This document shows, one piece after another, positions 13,955-27,480 of a stretch of DNA of 64,000 nucleotides. The number at the start of each line of letters is the position of its first letter. Positions within the stretch are counted from its first letter, which is position 1. This DNA is from Eledone cirrhosa (lineage: Eukaryota), in the NCBI GenBank assembly GCA_964016885.1, contig OZ024758.1, positions 3,348,001 through 3,412,000 of the forward strand, read 5' to 3'. Under the pieces are notes generated by a model. That model saw only the letters and a program-made list of their open reading frames with translations. It was not told the DNA's origin and searched no databases. Position numbers and translations under genes: made by a program.

Positions 13955-14140
13955 GGTGGTAGATTTGCAGTATCGGTAGAGGGCGGACGCCATGCTTTGA
14001 CGCATAGAGTTACGGCCCTTGCCATTATGAGTTCAAATCTCGCCGAGGGTTAACTTTGCCTTTCATCCTTACGGGGTCGATGAAATAAAGTACGATTAAT
14101 GTACTGGGTAATTTCTTGTGCAAAAAGTAGAAACAATTAT
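13955..14140 (+). mobile_element. SINE family A
   Basis: Near-consensus copy ~13 bp downstream of the previous one. Both share TTGACGCATAGAGTTACGG.CCTTGCCATT. Confidence 0.92.
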
Positions 14141-15335
14141 TTGGGCTGCAAACATAGGGCCTCAGTTTCAACTTTTAAGTTACTTCTAGTCCATTGCTAA
14201 TTCCCAGTTATTTGTCAACTCTCCCAGGCATTTTGAATTCCATATTGAATGTTTTGTTCTGTTAGTTATGTTTAAATTCTCCCTGTTCCTTTGTTTCATC
14301 ACTGCTTATTACCTTTATCTTTCTCATTCCTGCTCTCAATATCTCCTTTGATTTTTTTACATACCATGCCAGACTATTCGCCTCCTATTTCACACACATT
14401 TCACAGTTAACGAGACCTCCCTCTTTCCCTCTCCGTTGTGATAGTTATAATCTTTCCCCGTCGCTCTGGAGTGTAAAATCCCTTGTATTGTCATCATTAT
14501 CCTGGTCGTTCTATCAAGATCCTTAATTTCATCACATATCCACACTATCATTCATGGATTTTAGTCAATTACTTCAACTGATAATTTCTTTTCTCGTCAT
14601 TAAAAGGAAACTGGACGGTGATCACAGTAGAATTAGACATTTTTCCGACTCTATAATCATTCTGAAACTTCACTACCAAAATTAAATTATGATATGTAAA
14701 TTCACGCATCACATTTTATTGATTCACATATTAAAATATTTTACTGTAAGTCAAACTCTATCGGCATTTCGCCTTCCATAGTTCATATTTGTTTTTGTTA
14801 TGTATGCAGTAAATTTGTTTATTCATATTGAGGTAAAGCAAAATTTAGTACCAAATATATGCAGGCTTATTTGAATTTTTCTATGTGTATCGGATTTTCT
14901 GTGTGTGTAAGTTAGCGTTTAAGTATGTGTGAATATTTTTGAATTTCTGGAGAGATATATTTCAATCTCAACCACGTTAAAGGAGATAAATTAAAGTCGA
15001 CATTTATTCCACAATCGCTATATTTTAAAGATTATTTTTAGCAGCATTTCCCCTAAGGATATTGCTGTTCATAATTACTGGCCCGATATTTGAATCTTCA
15101 ATTAGATATTCATTGAAAACTGAAACGCTTATTTTTCTTTCAATTTTAATGATAAATCTATGTAACATAATTCAAAATAAAGTGAAAAGCAAACACCATG
15201 TTCGGATGGATATGGTATTTGTTGTGGAGTAACATAAGATTAGGAGCAGGCACGCACGTACACACTCATATATATTGATATACACAAATATATATACAAT
15301 ACATATATATATATATATATATATACAACACACAT

Positions 15336-15396
<61 letters not shown>

Positions 15397-15550
15397 AGTG
15401 GGGGAGGGTATGTGTCAGTGTATAAATCTAAATACAATGCTCGCAATGAATTAATATTTTCACATATGAAGAAAATATTTTTACATTGATGGTATTCATG
15501 AATGGAAGAGAACTGAACATCTCACAGAAAAATAAAATAATATATGAAAG

Positions 15551-15633
<83 letters not shown>

Positions 15634-16581
15634 GTTAATTTGTGGTTGATATATAGAATTAAGCGAAGGGGAAAATAGACACGTCAAAATGAATGTCCAA
15701 TTCGAACTATGATAAGCAGGCTTGAAAGGAAAAATATTTATTCTTCCATAGAGCAATCAGATATGATAAAAATCTTCTGGCAAACTGCAATGAAGCAACA
15801 TTAACACAAACTTTCGTTGTGGATGAATCTGTGACTAAACAGATGAATGATAATATGTTACGGCTTTTAAGAGAATTATTTTAATTCATTGAGTGATATT
15901 TTATTACGTTTTTATATCTTTTCACTATTTAAACTGATTGTGATTTAAAATCATTCATGATTTATTAAGCAGTTCGGATCGCAATCTATAACCATAAATT
16001 CATAAAACTCTTCACATATCCTATGCTATATACAAAGCGTTATAGACACATTTTATAGAAACTGTAATTATAAAGATTTTTTGATGCGTTGCATTCGGTA
16101 CGACAGTACAAAACAAAATCGTTTATCTGAAGTAAATACTTAGTACAAAGCATAGCTGACATGGATGATCACATGTGGAATTTCATGGTGAATATTTAAC
16201 TGAGAATGTACTCAATAGAACTACAGGAAACTCGGATGATAATAAAAACAAAAACAATTTAACTGCTTATGTATGTATACACCTGGCACAGTAACGGATA
16301 TGGTTTTTACTGATAGAAATACACTTATGTATAGAGATTTGAAACAATATATACAGTTTAGTACTCAGTAATATATGAAAATGAAATGCAGAAAAATACG
16401 GGTTTAATATCATGTACACCGAAAATATGGGATAACAACTACGGAATGGAATAGAAAACATTTAAATATGATGAAATAATCGATATTAGAAGGAGAATGA
16501 ACAACCTCGGGCATGAACAAATATAAATATAACAATACTGTCCCCTCATAAATTCATTTACATCTATCTATATATTTTTAG

Positions 16582-16690
16582 TATAGAAATTGCTTCTACA
16601 GGATTAGAACTGTTTCATTCGAGGTAAATCATCAGGATGATGATTTCCTTCCAATGAAACATTTCTAGTCATGTAGAAGCCATTTCTATA
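16582..16690. mobile_element. Inverted dimer of a hammerhead-bearing short element (family B; Penelope-pLTR-like)
   Basis: TATAGAAATTGCTTCTACAGGATTAGAACTGTTTCATTCGAGGTAAATCATCAG followed by its near reverse complement ..ATGATTTCCTTCCAATGAAACATTTCTAGTCATGTAGAAGCCATTTCTATA. Homologous to 42331 and 63141. Confidence 0.7.
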
Positions 16691-16829
16691 TTTTAAATGT
16701 TTACTCTGCTATGTATTGAGTTCCTTACATACTGAGGTTACCCCCGATTGAAGCCGGTATACACACACATAATACACACACACACACAGACACACACAAA
16801 CACGCGTAAACACGAACATGCACACACAC

Positions 16830-16887
<58 letters not shown>

Positions 16888-17654
16888 TATGTTATATTCT
16901 TTGCTTAATCTTTAATCTGTACAAATAATAAATATCTTCTCTACGGGTTGTATATATATATATTATGTATATATTCCTTATCGAGCCCTTTTCAAATTTT
17001 AATCTTCATAATTATTATTAGTGTATATATATATGTGGGGTTGGAGCGGGTGTTGTGTGTGTAGTTGAACACGTAGCATTGCTATTTTATGTGCAGATAT
17101 TTCATCACAAGTTCAAAGGGGTGTTTTGAGCTGTAATTATTTTTAATAAAGGGATTGCTTTATCAGTTGTGATATGGGGGTAAATTACAACTCCAGCATT
17201 ATATATTTCCTGAGTGAAACACATATTTTTCATCAAATAGTAGTTTTCAATTATACTCATTTTCTCAGAATTTGCTCTCTTTTTAACTAAATATTCCACC
17301 CAAAGTAATTGAAATACACTACGAAATTATATAAATACGGCGTCAAAAAGAATAAAAAATAATGTTGAATACCAATACCAGCAATATTACTTATCAAGTT
17401 CGAAAAGTTTAAATGCTGCTGATCTATACGAACAAATTGCTGATCTATCTACAATACAATTAAGGATATGCACGAATTTATACTGCAACCATATTCCCGT
17501 ATTAAATCTTTTCATTGCAAATACATACATACTTCTCTTGATATATATGAAGTAAATACAGACCTATAAACTATACATGTACAGACACATATATATAAAT
17601 ATATTATCATGTGGATATATCTATATATTGATTTATCAATCGCCCTCACTCGCT

Positions 17655-18330
<676 letters not shown>

Positions 18331-18731
18331 GGATGATACATGCATATATATCCATTAGGAAAATAGCATATTTAATATCGTGTTCTAAACAATATGAAAG
18401 AACATGGCTCCAAGAATTACGTGCATTCTAAAATTTTCGGATAAACGTAGACACTAATCACAAACCATAAATCTGCCATTCTTCTTAAACATACTGCTAT
18501 TTGCTTTTCATCACAGAACAACTACCAAAACACGATATGGAGATAAAAAGATTATCAAAAGACTTTCAATAGTTTCTCACACGCACAGATAATATTACCA
18601 TTATAATGTATCCAAAACCATGCAATATTCTATAGACTCCTTTGATATAATGTAGAAACAAGTATACAACGAAAATCTTCTCTGCTATATAGCAAGAGTA
18701 TTACCTTGTTAGATGTTTTAATACAGAAGCA

Positions 18732-18803
<72 letters not shown>

Positions 18804-19019
18804 TTACACGCAGTCTTACAGAAAGATATGATTCCATATGCATATTTGATTTTTAGTAAAAACATATACATAAATGTGTACCAAGAAAACGATCCACAGG
18901 TGTTTGAGAAATTGTATAATACACAAACACTTACGAATAACTATAAAAGCACAGACACTCACCCAACAAATCCATAAACACACACACACACACACATATA
19001 TACACACACATTGAATTGC

Positions 19020-19260
19020 ATGGTCCCGTAACTCCTAATAGAATTGTAAGAGCTCCGTATTGACATGTGGCATTTCTTGGGCACTTGAAGCCGATCCCTC
19101 TCCAGGCCTGAGTACAGCAGATTTCTTCCAGGGATAGGAGGAAATCGACCCGAGAACTACACGGGTACATGTTTATCGACTTCGAAAGGGTGTAATCCAA
19201 AATTGACTTCGGCGTGATTTGAACTCAGAGAGCAGTCTGCAGGAATAAATACCGTAAATA
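19020..19260 (-). mobile_element. SINE with an A-like head/core but a different 3' region (family D)
   Basis: The right part (TTTATCGACTTCGAAAGGGTG..TTGACTTCGGCGTGATTTGAACTCAG) is the reverse SINE core and B box. The left part (GTAACTCCT..TATTGACAT..CCAGGCCTGAGTACAGC.GATTTCTTCCAG) recurs at 56055-56175. Confidence 0.65.
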
Positions 19261-19264
19261 TAAA

Positions 19265-19490
<226 letters not shown>

Positions 19491-21056
19491 ATACGGAATG
19501 TATGTATGTACATATGCCCATCATCATTTTACGTGTATATATGCAGAATTATAAAGATCAAGATTAGTCTTAAACAGTAATAGAATTTATGTAATCCAAA
19601 TCTTATATGTTTATGTTTCATACTGAAAGATTTTAGTTTGAAATGATCAGAAGGAAATTATACGTAATCTAAATTCTCATGATACATTTTAAAGCTAATA
19701 TCGTAATCGGTTTGAATATTTCTGTTACTAAAAAGATCACTGGCAAATATAATTCTACATAGAAGATGTAGTCTATATAAAGTATGAAATGTAAAATTGA
19801 AAAATAATTTACTTTGCCACATAACAGTATTAGTTGAAATCTCGCTTCAAAGAATATGTCTGCAACAATTATATCAGAACTGGTTGATTTCATTCGATTC
19901 TTCATGCGTTTTTCTTTCTACTCAAATAAAATGATCGTGTCAGCACGATATATTCTACAAACATTAAGGTAAATATAGATGTGGCTAATTAGACACCTAG
20001 CTATATATACATTACCGATATCACCGAATTAATCAGCCTTGAATATTGTTTTTACATATGTTTAATATTTGCTACGGTATATGTATAAGTATGGAATTAT
20101 AATCGTGTAAAGAATGGAATGTAGAAAGTTTAACCCAAATGTTACAGGTATATGAGTGCTTTGAGCAAAGGTAATACAATCGCACTTATTATAAAACTAT
20201 GTGGACGTCTAGTGGCTGTTATGTCGTAAATACCAATATGAAGTAACATAGAAGTAAAAGTGATCTTGTAAAGTAATTGAGAATCTCAGACAGGTGTTTG
20301 TTGTATTGACTCAGAATAACAAATACTGTCAGGTCGTATACGTAGGCATAACCAGTGAATATTCCGAGTAAAGCAGCTGAAAAAAATCACCGAGTACTCC
20401 GGGTAGAATTTGAGATGGTGAGATGGCAAGATTGGTAGTAATGCGAGACGGTAATTTGAAATTGATACCTCTTGTGATCTTATCATTAGTATGAAACCCA
20501 CTGAAAGAATATTAAAATGCAGTAAAAAGCAAATAATTACAATACGAAAAGGAATTAATAAATAAAAAGTGAAATATATTTAGAGGGAGGGCTCTGAGGA
20601 AAGTATATTGTTCTATTTTATCTATATTATAACACAAAAGACTACCTTTGGACGGGGATATAGAACTATTGAACATATATTTGACGTCGAAAATAGTATA
20701 AATGAGGTCGTGTAATAAATATATTACATTGTTCGAATTATAAAATAATATTAAACAAAAATAAAAAGGAATTTATAACGAAGGAAATGGTGTCTAAAAT
20801 AATTCTTAATTTTCAGAAAATTTTATTATATTGCTTGTATGCAATTTTATAAACACTGACATTTTAATTAGCGAAAACATATTTTGGAGTTGATATATTG
20901 GTGATCGAGGGTTGGGTGAGCTTTTCTTTCAGGTTAACATTATTTCTATACATATTCCTATACATATCCTTTCAGATCGTTCGATTTCTTATTTTATACA
21001 ATATATTTTTTAAATAATTCTTTTGATACCTTATATCTTTTTTAACTCACACGCGC

Positions 21057-21059
<3 letters not shown>

Positions 21060-21115
<56 letters not shown>

Positions 21116-21203
21116 TATATATATATGCTATATATATATATACTATATATACTATATATACTATATATATATATATAGAATTATTTAAAAAATAATATAT
21201 ATA

Positions 21204-21237
<34 letters not shown>

Positions 21238-21266
21238 TATATAGTATATATAGTATATATATATAG

Positions 21267-21298
<32 letters not shown>

Positions 21299-21420
21299 CT
21301 ATATATATACTATATATATATACTATATATATACTATATATAATATATATGTATATATATATAGTATATATAGTATATATAGTATATATATCGAGTATAT
21401 ATGTATATATCGTATATATA
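21060..21420. repeat. (TA)n microsatellite with alternating TAG- and CTA-interrupted blocks
   Basis: Direct inspection. Confidence 0.9.
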
Positions 21421-21973
21421 TGCATTTATATTATTTTTACTTCCGCTACTTTACTCGCCTAATTTTCCCCATTCTTTTATTATCTTTTATCCTTTACCTC
21501 ATCTATTGTTGATATCAGTAAAGTATTAGTCCATCTTTCTTCCTAAGGTTATTTTTGTGTTCATTTCCTTCTGTGCTTCCTTTTCTAAAACTGGCGTCGT
21601 CCTCCAAAAATTCTCTTTCAGTTTTCAAATATTTGAGGAATGTTTTTCTCGAGGTTCCAACTCACGTTTCTATCCCCACCTCATATTGACACTAATGTCT
21701 TTATGAACATTATTGATCCGAAGATTCTTTATCTTTATTCAATACAATTCATATTTCAAATTTGTTCCTCTTTCTCTTATATATATTATTACTCTCCATC
21801 CATTTATCCACGCGCACACAATTACACATATATACACACATTCACACACGTATGCATGTAAGATATCGAGATTTTGCAAAATCAGGAGGAAGACTACCCG
21901 TAGAGTGATTTACGTCTGCTTATGGCCAACATCGATGGATTATGTTTTCAACCAACTTTCCTAAATTGAATAA

Positions 21974-22020
<47 letters not shown>

Positions 22021-23129
22021 AACAGATTTGGAAAAATAATTCTTCCTGTTTTACTATATAACATTTTGGCTTCTCAGTCTTTGAAGTGAGTACGTCTTAT
22101 AGAAATATACATTATCATAGAGATATAGTATCTGCGATAAACATGTATTGTTGCCTTAACCAGTAAAAATTAGTATGGATTTTAGTTTTAAATATTGTTT
22201 GCATCATATTTATAATTAAGTATTTTGAGAAAAATTTTAAATTTTAAATTAGAGCATGTAAACACATTTTAAATGTAAATTTAATGTAAATTATTCAATT
22301 GTCTTAATATGATAGGAATAAATGGGATTTAATTACTCTACTCACTATGTACATTCTGATGCAGGGGTAAGTATTATTGTGATTTCTATCGATACTAGAC
22401 CACAAACATAAGGGACACATATATTGTTAATTGTCGGTAATATCCCTCTTCAGCTCAGCATTTATCGAGCAGTCTTTGCCAAATGTCTATTTTCTCTTCA
22501 CAACTTAGTATATAAAGGAATACTTTATTCATCGTGATCATCTTTCTCTTAATCAACATATATTCTTACTGTTATATTCCAGTAATTTCCGTTTCTGTCT
22601 ACGTAGTATCCTGTACTAATATTTCAAACGACGTAGAACATTAGATTAAATTATCTATTCTCTATATGTGAATACCTTCGGGGAATACTCAAAGAACAAC
22701 AGAGAAATATTGCATATGCAAGGTTTACTTAGGAAATATATGAAATATATATATTTTGAAATGAATTCATCTTACAGACAGGGGATATGTACTTCTATCG
22801 CCTGTAGAAAATTATAATATATTATGTTTAACTACCTTGCTACAGAAAGTATAATCCTTACAAACACGAGTTAAACGTTACAGAACGATTGCTTCACTAC
22901 TTTATGACAATGGCAATTATTATACAATGAGATTGTTTCTTTATCGTTATAAGAACGACATGTCTTTCGAGCATTTCATTAGTGCGGGTATGACGCAAGT
23001 ACATTAAACAAATATTTGAAGCAAACTAAACAGGCTAACAGCTCTAGGAGTCTATCGTTTGCTATATAGCACATGTCACAAATTATGCTGTAAACATTCT
23101 ATCTGATTTCACATTATAATTATGAGTCA

Positions 23130-23620
23130 CCCCCAGACAGAGCCATTACTTCTCTGAATTGAGTGATGACAGCTCTGATACGATGGGAATGTGGCTAGAA
23201 TGTCTCAGGTAAGAATTGCTGGACAGATTTGTAGTTCGGAGATTAGAGAATCACTCAAGGTAGAGCTGCTACCTCTCCAAATTGAGAAATCCCAGCCCTG
23301 ATATTATGAGCTTGTGGTACGAATGTCTCAGGAAAGAATATTTGAATTGAGAGATCACAGCTCCGATATTAAGGGCATGTGGTTAGAATGTCTCAGGAAA
23401 GTATTGCTAAACATATTTTCCGGGAAAACACCAACGGGTAGGAAATATAGGTGTAAAGCCCAAGCATTATGGTTGAATTACATCATTTAGCTTGGCTGGG
23501 CACGCTTGGGGATACATCCAGATCAGTTGGAGACGGTTGTTTCTTACAGGATTCGCTGGAGGGAGTGTTTGAGGACTCGGATCACACGACCCTTTCAGGA
23601 AAATGTGGGTGAAGAAGAAA
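23130..23620 (+). mobile_element. RTE-clade LINE 3' end (Rex3/Expander-like) with an internal triplication
   Basis: Translation SSEIRESLKVELLPLQIEKSQP*YYELVVRMSQERI..IERSQLRY*GHVVRMSQESIAKHIF..PTGRKYRCKAQALWLNYII*LGWARLGIHPDQLETVVSYRIRWRECLRTRITRP, ending in (GAA)n. GTGG.TAGAATGTCTCAGG-like sequence occurs three times. Confidence 0.85.
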
Positions 23621-23844
23621 CGAATTATGTTTCTTATTCTGAGTGAAAATATATATACATTGTATCTCTAATTTATGTTCTAATTAATGTTGGTTTATAG
23701 GTGCAGTGAAATCTCTTCAAAGAGGGATTGAATCGTGAAAGTAAGGTTTTTAAAGATATGTAATTATTAGATAACCGGCATGATAACATTGTGTAAAAAT
23801 CTAAATTAAATCACGGTATCCGGATTTATAAAAAATACGTACCA

Positions 23845-23960
23845 GTTTTTAAATTTGGCACAGTGGCAACAACTTGGGACGAAACAATTGAATTAAATTG
23901 AATCCCGTTCTTGGATGGTATTTCGTTTATCAATAGGAAAAGGATGAAATGGAAATTCAA
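23845..23960 (-). mobile_element. Degraded SINE A (long variant)
   Basis: TTTGGCACAG..GCAAC..GGTATTTCGTTTATCAAT..AAGGATGAAATGGAAA. Confidence 0.55.
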
Positions 23961-25154
23961 TCCTATCTCCGAGAAATTATTTTTAAGTAAATAAATAACA
24001 CGAGAATTATTAGTTTGTCATTTAACTACACATATGCAAATATTTAATTTAAGACTCTACTTATATCCTGCTCCTAAATATGAATATATAATTTAAAAAT
24101 AGGTTACACGAAAATGTAAATGTTTTAATATATATTTCAAAGAGATACTTATATAAAATCGGATCGTTAAATATAATTTTGACTCAAAGAACATATTTAC
24201 TGTCTGGAAATATTTTAAAAGGAATAATAAAGGAAAATATTGTTTGTAATGTTTTAATAATAACTCTTCACTCAAATAATAACATGAAATTAAATTTGCT
24301 GTTCTACCATCCGAATCAGTTTATGTATCTTCATTGGAATAATAATTGGTAACTGGATAATATTAAATGGATTCTAAACACATTAGAGAAACATTACTCT
24401 AACATAACTTGTTCCTGCCTACTTATTTTGATAAAAATCATTTTGAAGCATTAGATTTCTAAATTGTATTTTGTGCTAGTTGTTATACATTTTAATAGGA
24501 TTGTAATTGTTTCCAAAATATCGTGAACTGTGGTTTTTGCTATCGGAATACCATCTTCAATATATATCATAGTCGATCCATCCATGCATTCCTCACTGTT
24601 ATTGCATCAATTAAGTTTATTATATATATGTCTGTAGATATTTCGAAAATACTGTCATTTTCTTTTGTAATCCTTCAGCCATTAGAAAAGTATTTAGACT
24701 CTGCATTACATTACGACATTACATATATTTCATTATTAAATATATATTCCCACGTAATATATATAAATATATATATCTATATATATATATTCTCGAAAGT
24801 ATATTATAATTTAGTTTCAAATTTGCTTTTAGAGAGAGAGAGGGGAGAGATGGAGAGAGAGAGAGAGAGAAAGAATTATAATATGTTTATGTATCTCTTT
24901 CAGAATATATAATATTATGCATGTCTACCACTACAGGCAGTACTCTATACACCCATTGAATAAATATTTCATCTATAAAATGAAAATGTACTGTATATAA
25001 TAACATTGGGTGTTCAGGTTTCTATCTAGTAAAATCCATAGGGGTTTGAGTACCAAGAAATTGCAAACTTATTTTCAATATCAATCTATGTATCCACAGG
25101 TGTACACGTGACTTATAATTTAATAGAGAAAGATTAAATCATTATGATACATTC

Positions 25155-25235
25155 AGGTAAGTTTGTTTGTGGAAGACCAGTAGTCACCCATATATACTAG
25201 CCACACATCTCCACGCCGCCGATGATGTCAACGTA
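25155..25235. mobile_element. Fragment of repeat family E (SINE-like)
   Basis: GGTAAG.TTGTTTGTGGAAGACCAGTAGT..TCTCCACGCCGCCGATGATGTC is shared with 25890-26005 and resembles a recalled abundant octopus SINE. Confidence 0.7.
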
Positions 25236-25889
25236 GGTGAAACTTAATTGCTTCTTAAATGAAATCGTAACAAAACAGTATATAAACATCAGAAGTCACA
25301 GAGGTCAAACAAACAGTTGACCCAATTCCAGGTTCCGATAGTCATTCCACATTTAGCCAAGCTTCCCTAACAACAGAATTCAGTAAACACAATCCTTTGC
25401 CGTCTGTTGAAACGTCAAAGAAAGTACTTTTCTCTCAACGAAAATGTCGGCATCATATACCACACTCCATATCTCTCTGTTTCTATTACTAACGCTCAAT
25501 CCTATCAAATAAAATAAATGATACACTAACATTGAAGAATGTAGTTACCCTTAATACATACATAATAGGAAATATCATTTTTGGGACGGAAAGGACCGTT
25601 TGTATTCTATGTCGCATACATAAAATTTGGTACGATGCAACGTTCAATAATACCTCATGTCCGTGTCAATAGGATGAGAACACAATATGGGGAAACACGT
25701 GCATCACCTCGTAGATGGTTGGATAAAATGTCTACATCAAGCACGTCCCTTTTGCCACGAAACATAACTAGATATAACGCTCCGGCGTAGTATTTAAATA
25801 TTTTTCATCGGAAGTGGTCGGCATTGAACTTAATGTACACTAATGATAAAGACACTCTTTGTTCATGAATGATCATGGTTTTGCACGTA

Positions 25890-26005
25890 GAAAGTTTCCC
25901 TCCAAGGCACAAATCCGGGTAAGATTGTTTGTGGAAGACCAGTAGTTACACTTCTCCACGCCGCCGATGATGTCCAAAGGAAAGGCAATGGTCGATACAG
26001 CTTGT
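25890..26005. mobile_element. Fragment of repeat family E (SINE-like)
   Basis: CCAAGGCACAAATCCGGGTAAGATTGTTTGTGGAAGACCAGTAG..CCACGCCGCCGATGATGTCCAAAGGAAAGGCAATGGTCGATACAGCTT; paralog at 25155. Confidence 0.7.
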
Positions 26006-26905
26006 TTTGTATGTGTTCGTGTCCAGAATTACTAATACAGCTGCTGAATAGAAGGGAACTACATAAACAGCAACACATACAAAGTACTACGAGGCGACAT
26101 ATCCTCAGGTCACAATAAATTGCAACATACGACGCAATATCCCAATATTATTTTCGATGACATACAGATGATTGAATGAAATAGACTATAATAAATGGAA
26201 CAGATTAGAGGCAAATTGTCGGATCACACGTATAAGAACGTGATCATAGAAATTGCAGGGTTACACATAATTGTTGCGGCGGATTTTCTTCGTTGGTTTA
26301 CATTTTCCTGACACTGCTCCGTCCATTGAAATTACGGCGTGATCGAATATGTAAATATAAGAACATACAATCACGTACAGATAATTTATTCTATGAAAAT
26401 GCCAAATACCTACCAATATTTCAATAGTTTGTATCTTCAAAAAGATTTTCCACTCACATGATATATTGTTTCTCTCTTGGCAAATGGCCTGTTGCACTTG
26501 TCATCCGCTTTAATCAAATAACATACAGAATTATGATAACACATATTTAACTAGATATATCGTTTCAGTAAACTTGACCTTTGTATTAATGTTATTCATT
26601 GTTTAAACATTCAGTTATATATTTCGTTGACATTGAAAGAAGTGTGTTACATCTTGCATTGCCTCCAAAATTATTTGATATTTATCCAACTAAATTATCA
26701 ATCAATACATAAAATTAACTCTCCGCCATTAATATAATTTCCTTCTTTGTTTATAAATGACCATTAGATATATTTTACTGATTTTATTAACAATATTCAA
26801 ATGATGATTATATGATTTGATGGGATAATCTTTTCCAATCATTTGGTTATTGAAAAATATATTGAACAAGAAAAAATATAAATTCATCATTAATATAATG
26901 TATGC

Positions 26906-27081
26906 GGTGGATTGGCAGAGGGTCGAACGCCATGCTTTGACGCATAGAGTTACGGCCCTTTCCAATCTGTGTTCAATTCCCGCCAAGGTTAACTTTGCCT
27001 TTAATCCTAAACAGGGTCGATAAAATAAAGCACCAGTAACACACTGGGTAATTGCTGGCCTTGTGCCAAAAGTAAAAACAA
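26906..27081 (+). mobile_element. SINE family A with 16-bp TSD
   Basis: Flanked by a perfect TTAATATAATGTATGC at 26890-26905 and 27082-27097. Confidence 0.93.
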
Positions 27082-27293
27082 TTAATATAATGTATGCATG
27101 GCAGTGATTCAATATGCATATGTAAATATATTACTACACTATATATGCCAGAATCCTTCGAATATATAATTGTTTCTCAAAAGAAGGAGACATTCGGCAT
27201 TATTCATACGCAATAGATATACGGATATACCTGTTATATAATTAGTGTGAAATGTAGTCCTCTTACTCTATATTATTATTATTATTATAATTT

Positions 27294-27480
27294 GGTGGGT
27301 TGGCAGTATTGGTAGGGGGCCGGACGATATGCTTTGCAGCAAAGAGTTACGGCCTTTTATGATCTGAGTTCAAATCCCACCGAGGTTAACTTTCCCTTTC
27401 ATGCTTACGGGGGTCGATAAAATAAAGTACCAGTAATACACTGCAATAATTGCTGGCCTTGTGCCAAAAGTAGAAACAAT
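27294..27480 (+). mobile_element. SINE family A with TSD
   Basis: Full-length consensus copy; ATTATTATAATTT on both sides. Confidence 0.92.

Larger units (their letters stand above)
13690..14560 (-). mobile_element. R4/Dong-clade (RLE) non-LTR retrotransposon fragment interrupted by two SINEs
   Basis: Minus-strand translation with stops and frameshifts: WICDEIKDLDRTTRIMMTIQGILH..D.ERL..GGLVNCE..EANSLAWYVKKSKE..LKVETEAL..FAAQ [SINE] LRAN [SINE] [15 protein letters not shown]. This matches the R4/Dong post-RT region (LDRKTRK.MT..G.LHP.SDVDRLY..GGRGL; LK.ETEALI.AAQEQALRTN; C..C zinc knuckle). Confidence 0.8.

Noticed and set aside
20150-20720. Possible very old RTE fragment (GRIR..ITEY..LRW..GR)
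   Set aside because: Similarity is too faint to support without a profile search.
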